NCBI GenBank assembly: GCA_965113315.1
Contig: OZ220370.1
Source: Podarcis vaucheri
Taxonomy: Eukaryota
Reading direction: 5' to 3' (one strand)
DNA: 64,000 nucleotides
Shown: piece after piece, positions 38,944 through 50,120 of the stretch
How positions within the stretch are numbered: position 1 is the stretch's first letter
Layout of the letters: every line of letters starts with the position of its first letter
Notes under the pieces: model-generated
Databases searched by the model: none
Told to the model about the DNA's origin: nothing
Seen by the model: the letters and a program-made list of their open reading frames with translations, nothing else
Made by a program: the position numbers and the translations under genes

Positions 38944-39417
38944 GAGACATCACCTTGCCAACAAAGGTCTGTATAGTAAAGCTATGGTTTTCCCAGTAGT
39001 GATGTATGGAAGTGAGAGCTGGACCATAAAGAAGGCTGATCGCCAAAGAATTGATGCTTTTGAATTATGGTGCTGGAGGAGACTCTTGAGAGTCCCATGG
39101 ACTGCAAGAAGATCAAACCTCTCCATTCTTAAGGAAATCAGCCCTGAGTGCTCACTGGAAGGACAGATCCTGAAGCTGAGGCTCCAATACTTTGGCCACC
39201 TCATGAGAAGAGAAGACTCCCTGGAAAAGACCCTGATGTTGGGAAAGATGGAGGGCACAAGGAGAAGGGGATGACAGAGGATGAGATGGTTGGATAGTGT
39301 TCTCGAAGCTACCAGCATGAGTTTGACTAAACTGCAGGAGGCAGTGGAAGACAGAAGTGCCTGGAGTGCTCTGGTTCATGGGGTCACGAAGAGTCGGACA
39401 TGACTAAACGACTAAAA
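38944..39417 (+). mobile_element. Bov-B (RTE) LINE 3' fragment
   Basis: KAMVFPVVMYGSESWTIKKA...DAFELWCWRRLLRVPWTARRSN...; 14-bp TSD TAATCTTAAATGGA (38930-38943, 39418-39431). Confidence 0.96.
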
Positions 39418-42400
39418 TAATCTTAAATGGATGTGAATCTCCCAAACTCTTCCTCATGGCTGCTTTGAAGGAGGCAAGAATACATGAGCCCAAAGCCTTG
39501 TAAACCATGGGCCAGAACAATGATTTAGCATTATATGTGATTGCAGCCATGCCAAGAGCAGACTTTTCAGCTGTTCTATTTTTCTTTCATAGTAATGTAA
39601 TCTACTCAGCACAGATAGGTAATAAATATCTCCTGCCTCATGGTGAAGAGTTTAAGGACTGAGTGAGCAACATAATATTTAAATCTGGCATTCAGAAGTG
39701 CCATTTTAACCAAGACACACTTGATGGATTAAGACAGTAACCCAAAGGAACACTGGTTAGTATTGTGTTGCCATCTTTGGTGCTGATGCTTCTTCCCTAC
39801 AGACAAATGCAAACCCTGCTAGAACTCAGCATGTTCACATTCAAAATACCTGCCTAATTATATTTTATAACTGTACAGGTATTCCCCTAAGTGGCAACTG
39901 ACAATTAGCTCCATTCACTCAGAGGAGGGAACTGCAGCCAGATGGTTTAAGTAACTTACCACGCTTACATTTATTCTTCCTTCGGCTGGTTAGACTTTGA
40001 TTAGCAAAGACCTAAACTGGAGACTGCAATACTTCACTATGTATTACATCACTATGTCCAGTACTTCACAATGTCTGGTCAAATGCTGAAGAGATGGTAT
40101 TATGTGTGTGTAATGCACATCCCAAATTGTAATAAAAAGCACTTTAATATAATCTTAATTTTAAGAAACTATCTCATTGCGTATCCTGAAAATACACTTC
40201 TCTGGGATGAAGCCTATATATGCCATCAATGCTAAGTTCTAAAACGTTTAATAAAAGATGAGTATTCCCCCCCCCCGACTATGGCCTTCAGGGCATCCTT
40301 TATGTGCACATTTTGTGGGATAAAAGTTGCTAGTAGAATACTAGTTGCTAGCCTTATACATGAAGTTACTCACATGGATACGTGCTCAGATGCAGAAGTG
40401 GGCCCAGTCTCCTGGCGCTTTCTGCTTCTGTGGTGGCACCTCAGAAAAACCACTTCTTACTGTTGTAGCAGAGTTTTCCCCTGGAGGCAGAGGACAAGAA
40501 CAGTAGTCATAGTCAAATTCCTCAGTCAAGAACTTCTTTATTGCTTGACTGGTTGCACAAGCATTTCTATTCCTAATATATACAAACTATTTACATTACA
40601 TCTGTATCTCTACAGCATGGTATAAACTCTCTCTCTCTCTGTGTGTGCATGTGCCTTCCTCATGCGGAAATTGCAGCCTGCAACTTCCTCCCTTGATTTG
40701 CACCTCCAACTGACACCAATCAAGCCTAGAGTGCCACTCCCACACACTAAAGAAAATTCTGGAACCCTCTTTAAAACTTAAAGGAACTTTTATCAGTTTC
40801 TTAAAGAATGTTTCCCCAACATCTTCTCTATCATTGTTGAAGCTAGGTTTCCTTTTCAGACCCACTCCTGCTAGGGTTAGGGAATACTAGACGTTAATTG
40901 CAAACCTGAAACTGATGTCACAGGTCTGGATTTTATTTTATTTTATTTTATTGTTTGGCTGCAAAGCAATTCTAATCTACTTAACATTTTAAAATCTCAA
41001 TGTGCTGAAGAAAATGACACAAAACCATAAAACAGTATAATGAAAACAGGGATACAACATAAAATCAGTAAAGCAGTATTATGAAAACAGGAATTCAGAA
41101 ATAACAGGGTCAGGGAAACCTAACAACAAGTCTTCACAAGCAACTAACAGGTTATGTTTCATGCATGAAAGAGGGATCTGCAGCCCACAGCATGGGGACA
41201 GTGGCAGAGAATGCCCATGATCAGGTCAACACCCTCTGGTATTCTGTAGGGTGCAGTGCCACAAGTAAAATTTCCCTATTTAAAATTAAAATAGCTGCCA
41301 AAGGGGACCTAATCCTGAATGGGCCCATGGCATGCAATGAGAGTGAGATTAACTCTTTCTCTACATGGCACAATACCAATTACAATTGCTCCCTGCCCCC
41401 ATGTGCTGTTCACTCTAGGAAGAAACCTTGCACCGGAACTGCTAAAAGTTCCCCTCCACAGGAGAATGGCAGCTTCAAGATGGAGAGAGATTTTAGCAAA
41501 ACCACAATATAATGGTAGGGTTGCCATATTTCAAAAAGTGAAAATCCAGACACAAAAGTTGTTAAGCTTTTTGGGGAAAAGGTTTTTTGTTTTGTTTTTT
41601 TGCAAAACCTCCCCCCAAAAATGGATTTTAAGGAAATTTGTCAAAAAGTCAACACTTCCAATATGGGTGGCAATGACTGGGGGTTTCCGAAAATTCCACT
41701 CGGATGCTATTTCTGACATATAAATTACAAATATGTCCAGGAAAGCCCTACATAATGGGAAAATGTTAAACTTCCACATGGTGTAATTCCAGTCCTAACT
41801 TTGCTTCACTGTTGTGATTTAAATCATTTTAAAAGATATGTGAAATGTAACCAGACATGTGATTTGAATCCCAGCAACAACATTCTAAATCTCAGAAATC
41901 TAACCACATTTCACATTCTTGGCATTCAGTTATCATGATTCTCACTCTTACAGTTATTTGGTTTGGCTATAGGAGGTCCAGATTCTATCATACCCATGTT
42001 CAGTTGTTTTCTTTATTGGTTGGCTTGGGGAGAACATCATTTCTCAGTGTCTCTGGGTGGATGTGAGACTAAATGAGACCATCTTAAAGGTCGGGGGAAT
42101 GCGCTATAGCAATTATTTGTTATTGATTGGTTTCTGCAGCTGTTTTAGATGCAGTTCTCCTTTCACAATCCGCACTACAGAGTAAAAATACACATCAAAA
42201 CCTCCCAGCTGATGTTGCTAATAAGTGCATCGGAGAAGCTATTATATTTTATGCTCTCTCTATCTAGTGGCGATCAGCTTCTCTTGACCTACTTTTCAAA
42301 TCTCCTGTTGGAATGTTCCGAAACATTGACATGCACATCCTCGCTCACCCCTTCACATTTTACTAAAGGCCCCCATTTCACTTTACAACAGCAAGTTCTG

Positions 42401-43243
42401 CCACACCTGGCTCTTTTTAAAAAATAAATAAATAAATCTGAGCAACACTTGATTTGCAGATGTCGCACCTCTTCTGAGTCTTCCAGCATCATCCTAGACA
42501 AACTGTTCTTCATTGGACAGCAGTAAGCCATCTTTTCATTTTGCAGAAATCTCCTGAAAACAATCTGACTGTGAGAAAAGCCACTATTTCCTGCTAGCTA
42601 GCAGAGCCCTCTTTCCAGTAATTGCAGAAGCCATTAAGGAAATGGAGGGGAGGGGAGAGGAGGGGGGGTGGGAGCAGGGAAGCAAGACACAAAAGGGAAT
42701 AAATACTGTACATAGCCTGCAGCGCTTTCCCTCCCACACATATGATTCACTGTTGTTCCCTGCCTCACATGGGAAAACGTTGTCCTGCTGAAAACATACC
42801 TTACAGGCAGCTCTGCCTCAGAGACCTCACATATGCATATTGATAACATGCACTTTGTAATGCCTAGAGTTGTTTTTAATGAGGCATGCTGAAATGTACC
42901 AACAACTTTCTCTCTTCCCCTTCTGCGTGGCGCAGATGATTTTTTTACATGTGTTTCCTGGTGGTCCCCTGTCCCTTGTGAGTATGCTAAAAGATGGCAA
43001 AGAGAAAAATTCTGAAGGGTCAAAATGGGGCAAGTCCAGCTCCTCTGAACACTTCAGGGCAGGCCTTCTCTTGCCTGATCACTTGCAGAGAAGACCAGGG
43101 CCCCTTCTGACATCCCTGTGCATTCATGAAGATTTGTGCTCCTGGTGACATTGGAGCAGTTATAGCAATCCCCTCTATCAGTGCCATTTGCACATGCATC
43201 CAGTCAATGCATGGCCCTTTGCTTCCTCATGAAACCCTATAAC

Positions 43244-43277
<34 letters not shown>

Positions 43278-43665
43278 GACACCCATTTGACTGGGTTGCC
43301 CCAGCCACTCTAGGTTGCCTCCAGGAAAATATAAGAACACCATAAAACACCAAACCTCAAAAACTTCCCTATACAGGGCTGCCTTCAGATGTCTTCTAAA
43401 AGCTGTATAGTTATTTATCTCCTTGACATCTGATGGGAGGGTGTTCCACAGGGAGGGCACCAATACCGGGGAGGCCTCTGCCTGATTCCCTGTAGTTTCA
43501 CTTCTTGCAGTGAGGGAACTGCCAGGAGGCTGGACCTCAGTGTCTGGGCTGAACGATGGGGGGTTGGAGATGCTCCTTCAAGTATACTGGGCCGAGGCCC
43601 TTTAGGGCTTTCAAGGTCAGCACCAACACTTTGAATTGTGCTCAGAAGCATACAGGGAGGCAATG
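43244..43665 (-). mobile_element. L2-clade LINE 3' fragment with (AAT)n tail
   Basis: Homologous to 47840-48780; LWNTLPSDVKEI...FRRHLKAALYREVF. Confidence 0.85.
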
Positions 43666-43959
43666 TGTTATATGTTCTGTTTCTGGTTCTTTTTTGTTCC
43701 GCTTCTGTTGTGCTATAGCACAGGAACGCCCCTCCAGCCAGAGATGAGATTGGGGAAGCATTGCAGAAGGACTAAGAAAGGAGAATAATGTGTGGGCTTG
43801 TACAGTATAAGTCCACCACTAACATTGTGTCAACAGCATGTTGCAGAATATGCCAAAAGATAGAGCACAGAATTTGGATGTTTGATTTAAAACAACAACA
43901 GCAAGCCACCATCACACCATACATGTAAAGCTCTATGATATCACTTTAAACAGTCATGG

Positions 43960-44206
43960 TGTTAAGTTGTGGGTCAACATATCAGATGACACAGCGATTC
44001 TTCAAACAGCTCTTGTTTATTCCGAGGCCAGAACAGAACAGAACTGAAGAGCTCAGTCAGCCTGCTTATATAGAGCTCCAGAACAATGTAACTGTTGCAA
44101 CTTTCTAAAACTATCCAATCACTGAACGTCACTTTCGATCCTTCATTTGCATAACTATCTACAGTATCCCCCTGCTGGCCCAGGGTGAGAACTTCAGTAC
44201 ATAACA
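43960..44206 (-). mobile_element. Solo LTR (247 bp), Copia-like by size and TSD
   Basis: TGTTA...TAACA inverted termini, perfect 5-bp TSD CATGG (43955-43959, 44207-44211), TATATAA then AATAAA on the minus strand. Confidence 0.85.
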
Positions 44207-44219
44207 CATGGCTTCCCCC

Positions 44220-44478
44220 AGAGAATTCTGGATTAGACCAATTCATGGTGGACAAGGCTCTCGTTGACTACTAGCTATGGTGGCTATGTTCTCCCTCCAA
44301 TGTCAGAGGCAGAATGCATCTGAATGCCAGTTACTGGGGATCACAAGTGAGGAGGGTGAAACTGTGATCATGTCCTGCTTGCGGGCTTCCCACAGGTATC
44401 TGGTTGGCCACTGTGAGAAAAGGCTGGCGGACGAGATTGGCCATTGGCCTGATCCAGCAGCCTCTTCTTATCTTCTTA
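44220..44478 (+). mobile_element. CR1 LINE 3' end
   Basis: ggattagaccaattcatgg...ttggccactgtgagaa...gcctgatccagcag...cttcttat, shared with 19975-20362. Confidence 0.7.
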
Positions 44479-46264
44479 CTGAAGTCACAGAGTCTGCAAG
44501 TAGAAGTGATCCCCAACGCTCACCTTTTCCTTTGCAGAATCAACCACTGTAGCATTCAAATGGTAGTACAGGTAAAACACATTCCCCTCGCCACAGGTAA
44601 AGTTTATTTACACACATATTTCTATAATGGGTATGAATCAGAATCAGACACAAGTAGGCTGGCAGGATGCAAATGAAGAACCTTGAAAGGTCTGTAAGAA
44701 GGGGGATTTCAGCTGGTGTAACTTGTACGAGCGCCTACAGCCGCTGAGATGCTCCCTTCCATGCAACTATAATAGGTGCAGGAACTCTGTTCTTTTAGCC
44801 ATCTGGCCACCCAATTCCTACCTTTTATGCAAAGGATCATTCAAGTTTAATGAACACCTGATATTCTGCTCAAATGAATAATAAAATTTGAACTACATTA
44901 TTTCATTAGTTAATAAATCTAATGTTTATCTTTCTTGCTTCAGGCGGTTCGCATTCCATATAGAGTCCTTTTTATGACCTGCACATACATATGTTATTAA
45001 AGATAATGCAGATCTTCAGACTTTCATAAAATAAATTTATGGGAGCAGTATTTGATACCACAAGGTTTCGTTTATATCCCTGTACCTACCATTTACATTC
45101 AGACTTCAATGAGCTAATCAGAAACAATCCTTTCATTTGGCAAATTTCTACCCTGATCCAGGAAAACAAACCTGAAAGATCAAGGGATTAATACTAAAGG
45201 TCATTGATGGAAACAGGTGAGGCTAGCCTGCGGCCCTCCAGATGTGGCAAACTACAGTTCCCATCAGTCTCAGTTGGCATGATCAATGCTGTCCTCATTG
45301 CAACCCTGTCCGTAATGGTGAGTATTTTGGTAAGATGCTTATACTCCTGGGACTAGGACCCTAACACTGACAGCACCCATGGGACTGTGACAGATAGTCA
45401 GATTTTAAAACTAGAGGTGCATGGAACCTCCAATAAAGCCATTATATTTTCAAGCCAATAGATCAGTGAATTCTGAAAAAGAAACAATTTGTTGTAGGAA
45501 GAAATGCTAAAAGCACCAGTGCCTGCCCAATAGTGATAGATCTCAAGCTCTAATGCCGGTCATGTATGCACCAGCCTCTTGAAGAAAATGGATCTTTAAT
45601 AAAAAAACATATTATTTTTTTTAAAAAAAGTGAAAACAGAAAAAGAAAGTCAGTGACAGCAGAACCAGATAGGTGTGGAATAGCAAGGTGACTCAGAAGA
45701 GCTTTTCTGAACAATATTGGAGTTAAAACATGTCAACAAAATTTAACAAGGAAACCTTTTACTTGCTAAACTAGGAGGTTTTTAAAATGCTTGAAAGAAA
45801 AGGCAGATGAATAAAATGCAGCCCAATATAATCAACATGAAATACTTTGCTTCTGAGATTTCTGCATCAAAAACCCAGCGGGTGGCAATGGAAAAATCAT
45901 GTTAATCACTGGGATTTGTCTGTGACCTTCCAGCACACCAAATATAAACACCGAATCATAGTAAATGTCAAATATTACGGGAACCTCCGTGGCAGAGTAG
46001 CCATCTGTGATTGCCTGGAGGCATTAGAGAAGAAAGGAACTGTCAATGATTTCCTCTGCTGTTTCAAGATTTCCATCAAGGAGGCTTAATAAGGACAGGA
46101 AGGAACCTAAGAGGCAGGAATAAAGAAGCCATGTCCCTCCAGACATCATTGAATTCCAACTCGCATCCCCCTTGGTCATGCTGACTGAGGCTGATGGGAA
46201 TTGTAGTCCTGCAACATCTTGAGAGTTGCATGTTAGTTACCCCTGATTTGCTCATTTATTCATC

Positions 46265-47200
46265 TACTTTAAATATATACTCTTATGAAACTGCTGGTAA
46301 TTACAATAATCCTGCCAATGTTCTTATCTGTTTACAATTTATCTCTAAATATTCAATGAACCATTTCCATTCTTTTATAAAAAGTTTGTTATCTTGACTT
46401 CTTATTCTTCTGGTAAGTTTTGCCATTTCTGCATATTCCGTAAGTTTTTGTAGTCATTCTTCATTTGCTGGGACTTCTGCTTCTTTCCATTTTGGGACAA
46501 GTAACATTCTTGCCTCTGTAGTTGCATATCTGAATAAGTTCCGATACAATTTGGGTAGTTCTGTCCCTATAATCCCCAAAGGAAAGCTTCTGGTTGTTGT
46601 TTTTTACAAACATTATTTTAAACATCCTCTTAAATTCATTACATATCATTTCCCAGTAAGTTTTAACCTTACTACAAGACCACCACATATGATAAAAAGA
46701 ACCTTCTTTCTCTTTACATTTCCAACACTTATTTGATTTAGATTTATACATTTTTGCCAATTTACTCATTGTTAGATACCATCAATATATCATTTTCAGA
46801 CAATTTTCTCTTAGACCATAACATGCTGTAAATTTTATATCTATATTCCACAATCGTTTGCATGTTTCCATGTCTATATTATGACCAATGTCTATTGCCC
46901 AGTGTATCACTGAGTATTTTATTTGCTTATCCTTTGTCTCCCATTCCAATAATATTTTATACATTTTAGTCAGCACTTTTACATTACATTCCAACAGGTC
47001 TCTCCCCAGTTGTGATACTTGTTCCCCAAACCCTCGCATCCTATCTTTCTTAAATGCTTCATTCAAATGATGATATTGTATCCATGTTGTTAATTTTCCT
47101 GATAATTCCTTAAATTGTTTTAATTCACACTCTCTTCCCTCTTGTTTTAATAAATTTCTATAAGTTGTCCACTCTTCTATCATATAAACTGTCATTAAAC
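46265..47200 (-). mobile_element. L1-clade ORF2 3' fragment (pseudogenised)
   Basis: In-frame ORFs 46782-47195 and 46461-46769 joined across one stop (KMIY*WYLT), then CWKCKEKEGSFYHMWWSC zinc knuckle; A-rich coding strand. Confidence 0.85.
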
Positions 47201-47839
47201 TTTAGCATGGTCTTTTGACTGCAAGGCTTTGACAGCCAGGGGAAAAGAAGCTGAATGGTTTTGTTTTGTTTTTTTGCATTTATTGTATTAAGGTCAGTCA
47301 TGTGTTCTACAGTGAACAAAGATTCATGCCTTGAGCTGCTTCTGAAGCTGCCATGCCAACTGCAAAAAAGGAGGAAAATGCTATATGTGGCTTTAAAAAA
47401 AATACACAGAAAGATGGAAAGCATAGGTGAGCAGGCACTGTAGGGTGAATCTGTGCCAGAGGTAAAATACATACACAAATAAATTCTAGTTACAAATACC
47501 AGGATGTGCACATGTGACTTTTGGGCATCATTATAAAACTATACCCTGAGATGACAAGCTATTCTGGGAACAATCTATGCCTGAACTGTATGCAGCTTGC
47601 ACAACAAATCTTGCCTCCTCATGACAGAGGAGTGTGACCTGAAGGATGGAGTGGTAGATGACACTCAGAGCAAAGTTTTTGCATTCAGCAAGTTGTACTA
47701 GAAGTGGACAGTTGAGCTTGTTGCAGAATGCTAGCCCTCATACAGAAAACAACCTGAGCTTCAGATCCTAGGAAGCATGTGCCATTGCTGTGTCATTTCC
47801 AGGGCAGTGGACCAGAGTCTGGTCAGAGATGATGGTGAT

Positions 47840-48780
47840 AATGATGATGATAAATTATTTCTATCCTGCCCATCTGGATGGGTTTCCCTAGCCGCTCTGG
47901 GTGGCTTTCAACAGAACATTAAAAACAGAATAAAACTTCAAACATTAAAAACCTCTCTAAACTAGGCTGCCTTCAGATGTCTTCTAAAAGTCAGATAGTT
48001 GTTTATTTGATTGACATCTGATGGGAGGGTGTTCCACAGGGTGGGTGCCACTACGAGAAAGCCCTCTGCCTGCTTCCCTGTAACCTCACTTCTCGCAGTG
48101 AGGGAACCGCCAGAAGGCCCTCAGCACTGGACCTCAGTGTCCGGGATGAACGATGGGGGTGGAGACACTCCTTCAGGTATACTGGGCCAAGGCCGTATAG
48201 GGCTTTCAAGGTCAGCACCAACACTTTGAATTGTGCTCGGAAACGTACTGGGAGCCAATGTAGGTCTTTCAGGACTGGTGTTATATGGTCTCGGCGGCCG
48301 CCCCCAGTCACCAGTCTAGCTGCCGCATTCTGGATTAGTTGTAGCTTCCGGGTCATCTTCAAAAGTAGTCCAATGTAGAGTGCATTGCAGTAATCTAAGC
48401 AGGAGATAACTAGAGCATGCACCACTTTGGCGAGACAGTTCGCGGGCAGGTAGGGTCTTAGCCTACGTACCAGGTGGAGCTGGTAGACAGCTGCCCTGAA
48501 CACAGAATTAACCTGCACCTCCATGGACAACTGTGAGTCCAAAATGACTCCCAGGCTGCGCACCTGATCCTTCAGAGGCAGTTACCCCATTCAGGACCAG
48601 GGAGTCCTCCATACCCACCTGCCCCCTGTCCCCAAGAAACAGTACTTCTGTCTTGTCAGGATTCAACCTCAATCTGTTAGCCGCCATCCATCCTCCAACC
48701 TCCTCCAGGCACTCACACAGGACCTTCACTGGTTCCTATTTAAAAGATAGGTAGAGCTGGGTATCATCCGCATACTGATG
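47840..48780 (-). mobile_element. L2-clade LINE 3' fragment
   Basis: HQYADDTQLYL at the 5' break, LRLNPDKTE, LDYCNALY, LHWLPVRFRAQFK; frameshifted. Confidence 0.92.
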
Positions 48781-49679
48781 AGGAGACCCTGTGATGTGAG
48801 ATGACACAGAGACTGCAACTGCTATGGGCAAATTGGACATGTGGAATGACACCCCTTCCCATCTGCCCTTGCTGTTTATCTGGCCACAGGATACCCAATA
48901 TCTGGGTACCTTTTCTCATATTTAGCATGGACACTTACACACTACCAAAAAGGGGGGGGGGGCAGAAATGCCTCACCAAATATAGAGGACAAAATGGACT
49001 GTTTCTTACAATATCACTATGGAAAAAAATATTACCGCGTTCCCAGTCAGTGCCTGCACAGTACGAAGACACAGGCAGTGTCTGCATAGTTTGAAATAAT
49101 CAACATTGGCTCATGAACCTTCTAGGTGAAAAAAAGTAACCGATTCAACCATAAGGTGGCACAGTATAGTTGTCATTTCAGGTGAGCATAAGTGAAATGA
49201 TTCTCTCTCAGCTGAAATTGTTCACATTGCACAGGAGACTTTGATGGAGTTTCATAAAGCTGCCTTGTTTTCCCCTCTTGTGCACTGGTTGTTGTTTTTA
49301 ATCTCATTCCTATTGCGACTGTCTATGCCTCCTGCTGTTCATTCTTCTGCCCATCTAGCCTTAGTGTCTTTTTTACTCTCAGTGTACTGAGGAGGGTTGT
49401 GGGATGGTTGCTGTAGGATTGACAGGTTTCCTCCACCCCCACCCCCCAAGCTTGCAGCAATGTTGATCTGAAACACTTTCTCATGTAAAAATGTTTTAAA
49501 AGGTCCTGAAATTTTAAAATGCTCTGTATCCATACCTGTCAGTTTGGAGCAGCTACACAAACTGGAAGATACAATGGTCCAGAACAATACCTGGGCACCA
49601 AGATGTATTAACAATATTCTGAGGAAAACCTGAGTGGGAAGCATGTTCATCAGCTTAGTCGATTGGTATCCTTTAAAAT

Positions 49680-49870
49680 TCCCACAGTGGCTAGTTGGAT
49701 GCCGTTGGGAAACCTGAAAGCAGGGTTTCAGCACAGGAGCATTCTTCCCTCTTGTGGTTTCCAGAAACTGGTATTTGAAAGCATTACCGGTACTTATTCC
49801 AACCATGGATGCAGAGCATAAGCATTATGGCTAGTTGCCATTGATCTCCCTTTCCTCCATGAATTTTCCT
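49680..49870 (-). mobile_element. CR1 LINE 3' fragment
   Basis: Reverse complement resembles 44220-44478 (ttcatggagga...atcaatggcaactagccat). Confidence 0.6.
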
Positions 49871-49944
49871 GAACTTAAAACCAACTCTGCTTTACCAAGA
49901 TGTCTGCAAATGTGACATGAAGACTGGCAACATTAACCCTGCCA

Positions 49945-50120
49945 TATTGCAGAGAGAAGAAACACCATGGTGCACCTCTAGCAGCAAAACCGGATGCCTT
50001 CATCTGCCCCACCTGCATTGGTCACTACAGCCACAGCTGGTGCTGTAACTCTCCGGCAGTTTGACTTTATCCCCAAAAGCACTCTCTTCCATTGTCTCCC
50101 AAGACAGATAAATGCCAATC
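49945..50120 (+). mobile_element. RTE-clade LINE 3' end remnant
   Basis: AFICPTCIGHYSHSWCC zinc-finger-like remnant followed by ccattgtctcccaagacagat...gccaa stem-loop tail. Confidence 0.5.

Noticed and set aside
42643-42680. G-rich tract as a functional G-quadruplex or promoter
   Set aside because: G-runs are present but there is no CpG island or other support; likely low-complexity sequence.
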